Shown here piece by piece: positions 50,359 through 59,520 of a stretch of DNA of 64,000 nt (within the stretch, counting starts at the first letter, position 1; each line of letters opens with the position of its first letter). Source of the DNA: an uncultured Syntrophorhabdus sp. (GTDB lineage Bacteria > Desulfobacterota > BSN033 > UBA1163); contig CAYZFX010000007.1 in assembly GCA_964477935.1 (NCBI GenBank), positions 21,553-85,552 of the forward strand. The letters run 5' to 3'. The notes below the pieces were generated by a model. It ran no database searches. It was not told where the DNA came from and was given only the letters and a program-made list of their open reading frames with translations. A program made the position numbers and the translations under genes.

Positions 50359-52335
50359 TCATTTAAAGAAAATCCCTCGCAAGATGTAGTATCCTGCCAG
50401 GATCCCTCCGCCGACGACCATCGAAAAGGCATAGTGCTGAACCAAACCGGTCTGTACCCGTCTCATCACGCTGGAGATCCAGCCGATGAGGTAGGCCAGA
50501 CCGTTGACCGTCCCATCAATGATGAAATCATCAACCCCTTTCCAGAGTCCCCGCCCTAAGCCCTTGACGGAGTTGACAAAGAGGATCTGGTAGAGCTCAT
50601 CGACATAATATTTATTCGAGACCAATCTATACAGGCCTTTCCACCTCTCGGTCAGGACCTTCGGAAGGTGAGGGTGTTTCAGATAGAGAAAGTAGGCGAT
50701 CCCGATCCCGGTGAAGGCGATCGCAACGGAGAGGGCCATGAGGAAGATCTCGAGCGCGGCGGAATGGCCCCCTGCTCCTCCTGCGGCCCAGGCCTGGGAG
50801 ATGAGGGGGAATCCAGCAAGGGCTTTTGCGGGTTCAGCACCTCCCCCCACCACAGGCGCCAGGAATTCGTGGATATGGTTGGCCCCTCCTAAGACATGCG
50901 GCACTCCCACATATCCTCCCACGATCGAGAGCAGGGCGAGGAGGATCAGGGGAACGGTCATGATCTTTGGAGATTCGTGAATGTGATGTTCGAGGTGAGG
51001 ATCCACCCTCGAGGCACCGAAGAAGGTCATGAAAAGGGCCCTGAACATATAGAAGGCAGTCATCCCTGCCGCCACGGCCGCCACCAGCCAGAGCAGGAAG
51101 TGGCCCCGTTCACTGGAGAAGGCCATCCAGAGGATCTCGTCCTTGCTGAAGAATCCCGAAAGGCCGGGGACGCCCGAAATCGCCAGCGTGGCGATGAAGA
51201 ACGTCCAGAAGGTGACGGGAATCTTCCTCCTCAACCCGCCCATCCTCCGGATATCGAGCTCACCGCTTAGGGCATGCATCACACTCCCCGCACCGAGGAA
51301 GAGGAGTCCTTTGAAGAAGGCATGGGTCATCAGATGAAAGATTCCCGCGGCATAGGCCCCCACGCCCACCGCGACGAACATATATCCGAGCTGGCTGATC
51401 GTCGAATAGGCCAGGATCTTCTTCAGGTCGTACTGACAGAAGCCGATCGAGGCCGTGAAGATGGCCGTGGCCACGCCCACCGTTGCCACAACCGCCATCG
51501 CCACAGGGGCCAGGTTGTAAATCACGCTGCACCGGGCCACCATATAGACGCCCGCCGTAACCATCGTGGCGGCATGGATCAGGGAGCTGACCGGAGTGGG
51601 GCCCTCCATCGCATCGGGAAGCCAGACGTAGAGGGGGATCTGGGCGGACTTTCCACAGGCGCCGAGGAAGAGGAGGAGGGCGATCGCGGTGGCGGTCGCC
51701 GGATCGAGGTTGTTTGCCTTGGCGAAGGCCTCGGTAAAATCGAGCGTCCCCAGGTGGACGAAGATCAGAAACATGCCCAAGATAAAACCAAAGTCCCCCA
51801 CGCGATTGACGACGAAGGCCTTCTTTCCCGCATTGGCCGCCGAATCCCTCTCATACCAGAAGCCGATCAGCAGATAGGAGCAGAGGCCGACCCCTTCCCA
51901 TCCCACGAACATGAGAAGGAAGTTGTTGGCCAGGACGAGATTGAGCATCATGAAGACGAAGAGGTTGAGATAGGTGAAGTAGCGGGCATATCCCGGATCG
52001 TCATGCATGTATCCCACGGAGTAGATATGGATGAGAAAGCTCACGCCGGTCACGATCAGGGCCATGAGGATGGAGAGGGGATCGATCTGGTAGCCGATCA
52101 CCGTCTGAAACGGTCCCGAGACGACCCAATCGAAGATCACCTTCTCGAACAGTCGTTCTGCCGGAGGCCGTTGGATCAGTTCGAAAAAGATGAGGAGGGA
52201 GACGAGGAAGGAAAGGCCGACCGCCGAAGGCCCCACCCAGCTGACCGTGCCCTTTCCAAGCCCCTTCCCCAGGAGGCCGTTGATCAGAAATCCAACAAAC
52301 GGGAAGAGAGGGATGAGCCACACATAGTCAAGCAT
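50359..52335 (-). CDS. nuoL: NADH-quinone oxidoreductase subunit L
   Basis: 658 aa antiporter-like subunit with a C-terminal long-helix extension. Confidence 0.9.
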   Translation of the reverse strand: MLDYVWLIPLFPFVGFLINGLLGKGLGKGTVSWVGPSAVGLSFLVSLLIFFELIQRPPAERLFEKVIFDWVVSGPFQTVIGYQIDPLSILMALIVTGVSFLIHIYSVGYMHDDPGYARYFTYLNLFVFMMLNLVLANNFLLMFVGWEGVGLCSYLLIGFWYERDSAANAGKKAFVVNRVGDFGFILGMFLIFVHLGTLDFTEAFAKANNLDPATATAIALLLFLGACGKSAQIPLYVWLPDAMEGPTPVSSLIHAATMVTAGVYMVARCSVIYNLAPVAMAVVATVGVATAIFTASIGFCQYDLKKILAYSTISQLGYMFVAVGVGAYAAGIFHLMTHAFFKGLLFLGAGSVMHALSGELDIRRMGGLRRKIPVTFWTFFIATLAISGVPGLSGFFSKDEILWMAFSSERGHFLLWLVAAVAAGMTAFYMFRALFMTFFGASRVDPHLEHHIHESPKIMTVPLILLALLSIVGGYVGVPHVLGGANHIHEFLAPVVGGGAEPAKALAGFPLISQAWAAGGAGGHSAALEIFLMALSVAIAFTGIGIAYFLYLKHPHLPKVLTERWKGLYRLVSNKYYVDELYQILFVNSVKGLGRGLWKGVDDFIIDGTVNGLAYLIGWISSVMRRVQTGLVQHYAFSMVVGGGILAGYYILRGIFFK

Positions 52336-52427
52336 GAAACACTCCTTTTACACGTTCGGCGCCCAGGGGAGGGGTTCGGAGGTAGAGGAACATCACCGAA
52401 CCACGAACCAAACCTGCCGAACGGTCA

Positions 52428-52745
52428 TCACCACTTCAAGAGATTCACCTCGTCGACGTTGATCGTCCCTTTGGAACGATAGAGCATAACGAAGATGGCC
52501 AGTCCCACCGCTGCCTCGGCCGCAGCCACCGCCATCACGAAGAAGGCGAAGATCACGCCGTCCACAGATTGAAGAAAACGGGAAAAGGTGACGAAGGTCA
52601 GATTGACCGCATTGAGCATCAGCTCGATAGAGATGAAGACGATGATGGCGTTCCGTCGGGTCAGCGCACCGATCACGCCGAGGGTGAAGAGCACGCCGCT
52701 CAGGACGAGGTAGAGGGCAGGCGGGATGCTGGGGATAGGCCACAT
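52428..52745 (-). CDS. nuoK: NADH-quinone oxidoreductase subunit K
   Basis: 105 aa with three TM helices and the conserved Glu in TM2. Confidence 0.9.
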   Translation of the reverse strand: MWPIPSIPPALYLVLSGVLFTLGVIGALTRRNAIIVFISIELMLNAVNLTFVTFSRFLQSVDGVIFAFFVMAVAAAEAAVGLAIFVMLYRSKGTINVDEVNLLKW

Positions 52746-52757
52746 GGTCGGTTCTCC

Positions 52758-53285
52758 TTATCTCCTTTGCTTGCTCAAGACGACCGCTCCGATCATGGCC
52801 GCCACGAGGAGGACGGAAACGATCTCGAAGGGGAAGAGGTAGGTGGTAAAGATCGCCTCTCCCACGGCCTCCACATTCGATCCCATCTTCTCCAATGAAT
52901 AGGTGCCCGTCTGGCCGCTGGGAGACCGAGCGAGGACCGTAACCACAATCCCGATGAGAAAGAGCAGGGCGAAGAGTCCTCCGAAGACCTTGGGATAGGT
53001 GATCTTGAGCCTCGAACGGAGTTCGGTCTCCAGGTCCAGGAGCATGATGACGAAGACGATGAGCATCACGATGGCTCCCGCATAGACGATGACCTGGATG
53101 ATGGCGATGAAAGGGCTGTGGAGGAGGAGGTAGAGGACGGCCACGCAGAGGAGGGTCAGAGCCATGAAGAGGGCGCTGTGAATCGGGTTTTTCCGTGTGA
53201 TGACCATCAGGGAGGCGAAGATCGAGATCCCTGCCATCCCTAAAAAGATCAACCATTGAAAGAGGACTCCGAGATGTTCCGGCAT
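52758..53285 (-). CDS. nuoJ: NADH-quinone oxidoreductase subunit J
   Basis: 175 aa NuoJ-like membrane subunit. Confidence 0.85.
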   Translation of the reverse strand: MPEHLGVLFQWLIFLGMAGISIFASLMVITRKNPIHSALFMALTLLCVAVLYLLLHSPFIAIIQVIVYAGAIVMLIVFVIMLLDLETELRSRLKITYPKVFGGLFALLFLIGIVVTVLARSPSGQTGTYSLEKMGSNVEAVGEAIFTTYLFPFEIVSVLLVAAMIGAVVLSKQRR

Positions 53286-53366
53286 AGCTTCACTCCTGAC
53301 CTAACCAAAAGAATCCCGACATGGGTTTTCGTCTTTGACAAATCGGAAGATCGACCCTCCAATAGG

Positions 53367-53393
53367 GTTTCGAATTTCGAAATGCGTGCCTCG
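53367..53393. repeat. Intergenic motif copy 2 (nuoI-nuoJ spacer): GTTTCGAATTTCGAAAT-GC-GTGCCTCG
   Basis: Shares a 15-nt core TTCGAATTTCGAAAT plus GTGCCTCG with the copy at 56862-56902. Both lie inside the nuo operon just upstream of a start codon. Confidence 0.4.
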
Positions 53394-53396
53394 ATT

Positions 53397-53825
53397 TTAG
53401 ATCGAGCTCGATGATGGATTCTTCTTCTTCTCTTCCAAAAGCTTCTCCGTGTTCAACAAAAAGGGGGCCCTCGATGGCTCCACCCATTCGTAATTCTTGC
53501 CGAGAAAGAGGGCATTGACCGGACAGGCCTCCTCACAGTAACCGCAGTAGATACATCGCAGGGCATCCAGCTCGTAGGTGAGGGGATAACGCCTTCCGTC
53601 CTGGCCCTCGGCGGTCACGATCGAGATGCACTGGGAGGGGCAGATGGCCATGCAGAGACCGCAGGCCACACATTTCAGCCTCCCATTTTCATCCTTCTCA
53701 AAATAATGAATGCCCCTCCACCGTTTCGCCGGGGGCACTTTCTCTTCCGGATACTGAAGGGTGATCGGTCTGGAGAAGAACTGCCTCAGGGTGAAAGCCA
53801 AACCTTTAAGTAGTGGGATGATCAT
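53397..53825 (-). CDS. nuoI: NADH-quinone oxidoreductase subunit I (2x[4Fe-4S] ferredoxin)
   Basis: Two CxxCxxCxxxCP motifs (CVACGLCMAICP, CIYCGYCEEACP). Confidence 0.9.
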   Translation of the reverse strand: MIIPLLKGLAFTLRQFFSRPITLQYPEEKVPPAKRWRGIHYFEKDENGRLKCVACGLCMAICPSQCISIVTAEGQDGRRYPLTYELDALRCIYCGYCEEACPVNALFLGKNYEWVEPSRAPFLLNTEKLLEEKKKNPSSSSI

Positions 53826-53841
53826 CGTCCTCCCTCTCCTC

Positions 53842-54861
53842 TCATCCTTTCAAAGAAACGACCAGCGCCGTGATCAAGAGATTGGCAAGGGCCAGCGGAA
53901 AGAGGACCTTCCATCCAAATTTCATGATCTGGTCGTAACGGAGCCTCGGGAATGTCCCTCTCTGCCAGATGAAGAAGAAGAGGAAGACAAAGAGCTTCGT
54001 GCAGAACCAGACAATTCCCGGGATGAAATCGAGCTGGGGCAGTGGCGCCTGCCACCCTCCCCAGAAGAGGGTGACCGCCAGGCTGCCCATCGCGATCATA
54101 TGGGCGTACTCGGCCATGAAGAAGAGCGCAAATTTCATGCTGCTATATTCGATGTTAAATCCGCAGGCCAGCTCCGATTCGGACTCCGGCATATCGAAGG
54201 GGGTGCGGTTGATCTCCGCCAGGCCGCAGACGAGATAGAGGAGGAAGGCGAGGGGCTGATACCAGACATTCCAGTTCCAGAACCCTCCGGCTTGGTGGTG
54301 GACGATCTCCGTTAGCCTCAAACTTCCGGAGAGGAGGATTACGCCGACGACCGAAAGGCCGAGGGCCACCTCGTAGCTGATCATTTGAGCTGCGGCCCGG
54401 AGCGAACCGGTCAGCCCGTACTTGTTCCCTGAGGACCAGCCCCCGAGGACGATCCCGAACTCTCCCAGGGAGGCCACACCGAAGAGGTAGAGGAGGGCGA
54501 TGTCGATGTCTGCAATCCTCAATTGGACAACCCAGTCCGTCCAGGGTACCCTGAACTCATTCCCGAAAGGGATGACCGCAAAGAGGGCGATCGCCGAAAC
54601 GATCGAGATCATGGGCGCCAGCACAAAGACGGGTTTATCCGCGCCTGCGGGGATGAGATCCTCTTTGAAAAAGGCCTTGATGCCATCCGAAATGGGCTGG
54701 AGGAGTCCGAAGGGGCCACAGCGGTTCGGACCGTAACGGACCTGGATGTGGCCCAGAACCTTCCGCTCCAGCCAGGTGAGATAGGCCACCGAGAGCATCA
54801 GGCAGGCGAAGACCACGACACATTTCACAATCGTCTCAATGAGAAAATAGAGCACCTCCAT
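53842..54861 (-). CDS. nuoH: NADH-quinone oxidoreductase subunit H
   Basis: 339 aa, NuoH/ND1-like. Confidence 0.9.
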   Translation of the reverse strand: MEVLYFLIETIVKCVVVFACLMLSVAYLTWLERKVLGHIQVRYGPNRCGPFGLLQPISDGIKAFFKEDLIPAGADKPVFVLAPMISIVSAIALFAVIPFGNEFRVPWTDWVVQLRIADIDIALLYLFGVASLGEFGIVLGGWSSGNKYGLTGSLRAAAQMISYEVALGLSVVGVILLSGSLRLTEIVHHQAGGFWNWNVWYQPLAFLLYLVCGLAEINRTPFDMPESESELACGFNIEYSSMKFALFFMAEYAHMIAMGSLAVTLFWGGWQAPLPQLDFIPGIVWFCTKLFVFLFFFIWQRGTFPRLRYDQIMKFGWKVLFPLALANLLITALVVSLKG

Positions 54862-54886
54862 CCTGCTTCTCCTCTAAGGTTCCCGT

Positions 54887-56839
54887 TCACACCGCGAACA
54901 ATCCGATTCGCACGCATCGGAGGCAGCGTTCGGCCTCCCTCCGGGCGACCGGGATGGAGAACCCCTTCTCCACCTCATCGAAGGACCATTTTCTCGTCTC
55001 AGGGGGGAGCTTCTCGGGCATGGCCCGCCTCTGCCGGCCCGGATGTTCGATCCCTTCCTCCGGGTTGTACACCTTGATTTTTTCGAGAAGGGCCTCCAGA
55101 CGCTCGGCCTTCGGTTCCTTCAACTCCCTTCCCTGAAGGTAGGCATCGATTCGATCAGCCGCTTTTCTTCCATGGCCTGCGGCCCGGACAAGGACATCTG
55201 GACCGACCACACAATCTCCCCCTGCGAAGACCCCTGGCCGGCTCGTCTGGAAGGTACCTTCGTCGATCGCAAGGGTGGACCGTTTCGTCGTCTTCACCCC
55301 ATCCTTCTCATCGAGAAAGGAGAGGTCGATCGTCTGACCGATCGCGGGAATCACGATATCGGCTTCGAGGAAAAATTCCGAACCCTTGATGGGTATAGGT
55401 CTTCGCCTGCCGCTCTCATCCGGTTCGCCCAACTCCATACGGATGCACTCCATGCCGATGACCCTGCCCTCCTTGGCCACGATCCGGACCGGATTGCAGA
55501 GGTAATGAAACTTCACCCCTTCCTCTTCGGCCTCGTGGATCTCCACCCGGTCCGCGGGCATCTCCCTCTTCGTCCGCCGGTAGACGAGATGGACGTCCGA
55601 TTTTCCGATCCGGAAGGAAGAGCGAACACAATCGATCGCCACATTGCCTCCGCCGACCACGACGACCCGCTTCCCTTCCGGGTAGGGATCTCTTCCCAGG
55701 TTGATCTCCTGAAGGTAATAGACCCCGGGGATGAACCCCTTATATCCCCTGTCCTCTCCTTCCACGCCCATGGGTATGTTGGTCTGTGCGCCGACCGCTA
55801 TATAGATGGCCTGGTATCCCTGGTCAAAGATCTGGGAGATCGTGATCTCCTTTCCCACCTGGACCGGATACTGGAACTCCACCCCCAACCGTTCGAGCAG
55901 ACCGGTCTCATAGAGGACGATCTCCCTCGGAAGCCTGTAGTCCGGAATTCCAAACGTGGCCATGCCCCCTAACTCTCCCATGCGCTCGAAGACCGTCACC
56001 CGATAGCCCTTGAGGGCAAGATAGTAGGCACAGCTCAAGCCCGAAGGCCCGGCCCCGATAATAGCCACCTTCTGGGGCCGGAGAGGGGCCTGGATCATCT
56101 CTGGTTTCATCCCCTTTTCCCGCTCGTAATCGGCCACAAATCGTTTGAGCCATTTGATCGAAAGGCACTCATCGACGTTCTGGCGTCGACAATGGTCTTC
56201 ACAGGGCCGGATGCAGACCCTCCCCAGAATCCCCGCCAAACAGGTCGCCTCCCGGATGGCGGTGAGCGATTCTCTGAACCGGCCCTCTTTGATCAATTCG
56301 ATATACCTGGTGATGGGAAGGCGGGCAGGACAGGCGGTCTCGCACGGAGCGGTCGCCTTCACCTGATAAGTCTGTCTGGGAATCCTCCTCCTCGACCGGA
56401 TCACCTCGGAAAAATGGTCCTGAAAGTGATTGAGTCCGTCGAGCAGGGGCTTGGGTCCGGTTTGTCCCAGGTTACATTTTGAACTCTGGATGATCATCTC
56501 CGCCAGTGGTCTCATCCGATCGAGGTCTTCCGGCCTTCCCTCGCCCTCGGCGATGCGGTTCATCATCGTCAGGAGGATGCGCGTGCCTACCCGGCAGGGG
56601 TTGCACTTCCCACAGGATTCCTTCTGAACCGCCTCGATGTAAGCCCGGAGGAGATCAATGGGATCGACATCCCGGTCCCGGATCACGATTCCGTCCCAGC
56701 CGATAAAGGCCTTGATCGGCCTTCCCCGATCATAGTCAACCGGAAGGGTGAGATTCGGGATGGGCACCCATTCCGAATCCGGTTTTCCCCGGTTATCCAC
56801 AACCACACCGCCCCAACTGCTGAACAGGATGCCGGTCAT
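54887..56839 (-). CDS. Fusion protein: NuoF C-terminal SLBB/[4Fe-4S] module joined to a GltD-like FeS/FAD/NAD(P)H oxidoreductase
   Basis: N-terminal ESCGKCNPCRVG...KCNLGQTGP matches the NuoF 51-kDa C-terminal FeS region. Then CETACPA...CIRPCEDHC (GltD N-terminal clusters) and two Rossmann motifs VAIIGAGPSGLSCA and VVVVGGGNVAIDC. Located exactly where nuoEFG would be. Confidence 0.8.
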   Translation of the reverse strand: MTGILFSSWGGVVVDNRGKPDSEWVPIPNLTLPVDYDRGRPIKAFIGWDGIVIRDRDVDPIDLLRAYIEAVQKESCGKCNPCRVGTRILLTMMNRIAEGEGRPEDLDRMRPLAEMIIQSSKCNLGQTGPKPLLDGLNHFQDHFSEVIRSRRRIPRQTYQVKATAPCETACPARLPITRYIELIKEGRFRESLTAIREATCLAGILGRVCIRPCEDHCRRQNVDECLSIKWLKRFVADYEREKGMKPEMIQAPLRPQKVAIIGAGPSGLSCAYYLALKGYRVTVFERMGELGGMATFGIPDYRLPREIVLYETGLLERLGVEFQYPVQVGKEITISQIFDQGYQAIYIAVGAQTNIPMGVEGEDRGYKGFIPGVYYLQEINLGRDPYPEGKRVVVVGGGNVAIDCVRSSFRIGKSDVHLVYRRTKREMPADRVEIHEAEEEGVKFHYLCNPVRIVAKEGRVIGMECIRMELGEPDESGRRRPIPIKGSEFFLEADIVIPAIGQTIDLSFLDEKDGVKTTKRSTLAIDEGTFQTSRPGVFAGGDCVVGPDVLVRAAGHGRKAADRIDAYLQGRELKEPKAERLEALLEKIKVYNPEEGIEHPGRQRRAMPEKLPPETRKWSFDEVEKGFSIPVARREAERCLRCVRIGLFAV

Positions 56840-56861
56840 AGGTCACCCCTCTTGGAAAAAC

Positions 56862-56902
56862 ATCCGAAGTTCGAATTTCGAAATCCCGATCTGGTGCCTC
56901 GG
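56862..56902. repeat. Intergenic motif copy 1 (nuoD to fusion-gene spacer): ATCCGAAG-TTCGAATTTCGAAAT-CCCGATCTG-GTGCCTCGGAT
   Basis: Same core as the copy at 53367-53393. Flanking ATCCGAAG / CCTCGGAT form an inverted repeat; in mRNA sense the hairpin is followed by GUUUUUCC. Confidence 0.4.
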
Positions 56903-56912
56903 ATCATCAATG

Positions 56913-58115
56913 TTACCGATCGATCTCTCCCAGGACGATGTCGATGCTTCCGATGGTAGCGATCACATCTGCGATCAGGCTCCCCTCGATCATCTTGGGA
57001 AGGGCGCTCAGGTTGAGGAAGGAGGGGGGACGAATCCTCACCCTCAAGGGTCGGTTCGATCCATCGCTCACCACATAAAAGCCCAGTTCCCCTTTGGCCG
57101 CTTCCACGCTTGCATAGGCCTCGCCTCTGGGGACGTTGAACCCTTCGGAGGCGATCTTGAACTGGTGGATCAGAGCGGCGATATCGGTGAGAACCTTCTC
57201 CTTGGGAGGCAGGACTACCCTCGGATCGTTTGCGAGGATGGGCCCCTTCGGCAGTCTTTCAAGGGCCTGTCTCACGATGGCATTCGACCACTCCATCTCT
57301 CTCAGCCGGACATAGTATCGATCATAGACGTCGCCTGCCGAACCGATGGGGATTTCAAACTCAAAGTCTTCATAGCTCGAATAGGGGAAGGCCTTCCGGA
57401 CATCCCATTTCACACCCGATCCCCGCAGGGTGGGGCCTGTGACCCCCCAGTTGATGGCATCCTCCTTGCTCAGGACACCCACGCCCCTGGTCCGTTTTAA
57501 CCAGATCACATTCTTGGTCAGGAGCGTCTCGTACTCCTTGATCCGTTTCGGAAAGCTCTCCACAAAGGCTTTGATCTTCGCCTCGATCCCATCGGGAAGG
57601 TCCTTGGCCACCCCGCCGATCCTCAGATAGGTGGGCGTCAATCTTCCACCCGCGACTTCTTCGAAGATTTTCAGGACCTCTTCCCTCTCCCTGAAATTGT
57701 AAAAGAGCAGGGTCATGGCACCGATGTCGAGGGCATGGGTGCCGAGCCAGATGAGGTGGGCCGCTATTCTCTGGAGCTCGGCCATCATTACCCTCAAATA
57801 CTTCGCCCTCTTCGGCACCTCGATGCCCAGCAGCTTCTCCACCGCCAAGACATAGGCCAGATTATTTCCCATGGCATTGGTATAATCGAGCCGGTCGGTC
57901 AGGGGGATGATCTGATGGTAGGTCCTTGCCTCAGCCAGCTTTTCAACCCCGCGGTGAAGGTGGCCGATATGGGGGGTGGCTTTGACGACCACCTCGCCAT
58001 CCAGTTCAAGCACGAGCCTCAGCACGCCATGGGTGGCTGGATGTTGAGGGCCCATATTGATGGTCATCAATCGTCGCTCTGCCATTTCAGACCTCGGGGA
58101 CAAAAGGTTTGCCAA
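56913..58115 (-). CDS. nuoD: NADH-quinone oxidoreductase subunit D
   Basis: 400 aa, MTINMGPQHPATHGVLRL 49-kDa signature. Confidence 0.95.
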   Translation of the reverse strand: MANLLSPRSEMAERRLMTINMGPQHPATHGVLRLVLELDGEVVVKATPHIGHLHRGVEKLAEARTYHQIIPLTDRLDYTNAMGNNLAYVLAVEKLLGIEVPKRAKYLRVMMAELQRIAAHLIWLGTHALDIGAMTLLFYNFREREEVLKIFEEVAGGRLTPTYLRIGGVAKDLPDGIEAKIKAFVESFPKRIKEYETLLTKNVIWLKRTRGVGVLSKEDAINWGVTGPTLRGSGVKWDVRKAFPYSSYEDFEFEIPIGSAGDVYDRYYVRLREMEWSNAIVRQALERLPKGPILANDPRVVLPPKEKVLTDIAALIHQFKIASEGFNVPRGEAYASVEAAKGELGFYVVSDGSNRPLRVRIRPPSFLNLSALPKMIEGSLIADVIATIGSIDIVLGEIDR

Positions 58116-58578
58116 AGTCCGGTCCTAAGAGCGGAAAGTCCTTTCTTAAAGGGTGGCCTTCGTACCCCTCCCAGAGGAGGATCCTCCTCAGATCCGGATG
58201 GTTTTCGAAGGAGATGCCGAAAAGGTCATAAACTTCCCTTTCGAGCCAGTTGGCCGCCTTCCAGATCGATTCGACACTGGTCACCGATTCCCCCTCTCCA
58301 ACCTTCGTCTTCACTCTTAACCGATCGTTATTCCTGAAGGAGTGGAGAAAATAGACGATCTCGAATCTCGGAACGGAGGGAAAGTAATCGACCCCGCAGA
58401 GGTCGACGAGCATGTCGTACTGGAGCTCGGGGTCGGAATAGAGAAACCGGCATATCTCGAAGAGGTCGTCCTTCGGCACGGTGACGCTTACCTCTCCCCG
58501 AAAGCTCGCCTCTTCGATGGCTGAAGTGGAAAATCTGGCCCGCAGTTTTCGGACAGCAGGGTGGCTCTCGCCCATCAC
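58087..58578 (-). CDS. nuoC: NADH-quinone oxidoreductase subunit C
   Basis: 163 aa 30-kDa subunit (EREVYDLFGI). Separate from nuoD, not fused. Confidence 0.9.
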   Translation of the reverse strand: MMGESHPAVRKLRARFSTSAIEEASFRGEVSVTVPKDDLFEICRFLYSDPELQYDMLVDLCGVDYFPSVPRFEIVYFLHSFRNNDRLRVKTKVGEGESVTSVESIWKAANWLEREVYDLFGISFENHPDLRRILLWEGYEGHPLRKDFPLLGPDFGKPFVPEV

Positions 58579-58597
58579 GCCCTCCTTCTTCTTCGCC

Positions 58598-59107
58598 TTA
58601 ACCTTTCATTTCAAGGGTGCTCTTTACGTCCTTCCGTGCAGCCAGGGTCTCCTTCTCGATCTTCTTCTGAAGCTCGATGATCGCCGTCAGGAGCGACTCC
58701 GGTCTTGGAGGACAACCTGGGACATAGAGATCGACCGGAATCATCTGGTCAACGCCCTGAACTACATTATAGGTCTTAAAAATTCCTCCCGAGCAGGCAC
58801 AGGCCCCGTAGGCGATCACCCACTTCGGCTCAGGCATCTGTTCGTAGATCCGTTTGACCATCGGGGCCATCTTCTTCGTCAGGGTCCCGGCCACGATCAT
58901 CAGGTCTGCCTGCCGGGGCGAAGGTCTGAAGACCTCCGAACCGAACCTCGAGATATCCCAGGTTCCGGAACTGGTGACCATCATCTCGAGGGCGCAACAG
59001 GCAAGGCCGAAGGTGACCGGCCAGATCGAATACTTCCTTCCCCAGTTGACCACTTTATCGAGGCTGGAGAGGTAGGGGGTCTTTTCCAGATAGGTTTCTA
59101 TTCCCAT
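58598..59107 (-). CDS. nuoB: NADH-quinone oxidoreductase subunit B
   Basis: CCALEMM ... GACACSGG N2-cluster motifs. The true start MGIETYL (ATG at 59107-59105) overlaps the nuoA stop. The ORF track extends it artificially to 59326. Confidence 0.9.
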   Translation of the reverse strand: MGIETYLEKTPYLSSLDKVVNWGRKYSIWPVTFGLACCALEMMVTSSGTWDISRFGSEVFRPSPRQADLMIVAGTLTKKMAPMVKRIYEQMPEPKWVIAYGACACSGGIFKTYNVVQGVDQMIPVDLYVPGCPPRPESLLTAIIELQKKIEKETLAARKDVKSTLEMKG

Positions 59108-59454
59108 TCGAGGGCTCCTTTTTTCCAGAGGTAGACATAGGCGATGATCAGGATCCCAAGGAAGACCGCCATGGAGACGAACCCAAATACCTTCAACTCC
59201 CGGAAGACGACGGCCCAGGGGTAGAGGAAGGCGATTTCGATGTCGAAGAGGAGGAAGAGCATGGCGATGATGTAGTACTTGACCGGGATCCTCCGAAAAG
59301 GGGAACCGTAGGTCGGCATCCCACATTCATAGGGAGCCTCCTTGATGGCGGTGGGCTTCCTCTGCCCGAGAAGATGGGAGGCGAGGACCGCAAAACAGGC
59401 AAAGAGGATCGCAATTCCCAAAAAGATGAGAATGGGAAGATAATCGATCAACAT
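59098..59454 (-). CDS. nuoA: NADH-quinone oxidoreductase subunit A
   Basis: 118 aa, three TM helices, NuoA-like. SD AGGAGG 6 nt upstream. Confidence 0.9.
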   Translation of the reverse strand: MLIDYLPILIFLGIAILFACFAVLASHLLGQRKPTAIKEAPYECGMPTYGSPFRRIPVKYYIIAMLFLLFDIEIAFLYPWAVVFRELKVFGFVSMAVFLGILIIAYVYLWKKGALEWE

Positions 59455-59520
59455 CGCAGCTCCTCCTCTTTCACCGGTTCGAAAGATTCATGCCTCTGTG
59501 AAGCCGACCGACGGTTTCGG

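Noticed and set aside
51274-52482. 402-aa plus-strand ORF antisense to nuoL, and similar ORFs 49232..50290 and 47963..48640 antisense to nuoM/nuoN
   Set aside because: They are extremely charged and low-complexity (runs of E/D/H/R/G), opposite well-supported membrane-subunit genes. They are artefacts of GC-rich antisense frames.
56862-56902. Sigma54 promoter hidden in the repeated GGCAC...TTTCG motif
   Set aside because: The GG-to-GC spacing and the -12 TTGC element do not fit the -24/-12 consensus on either copy.
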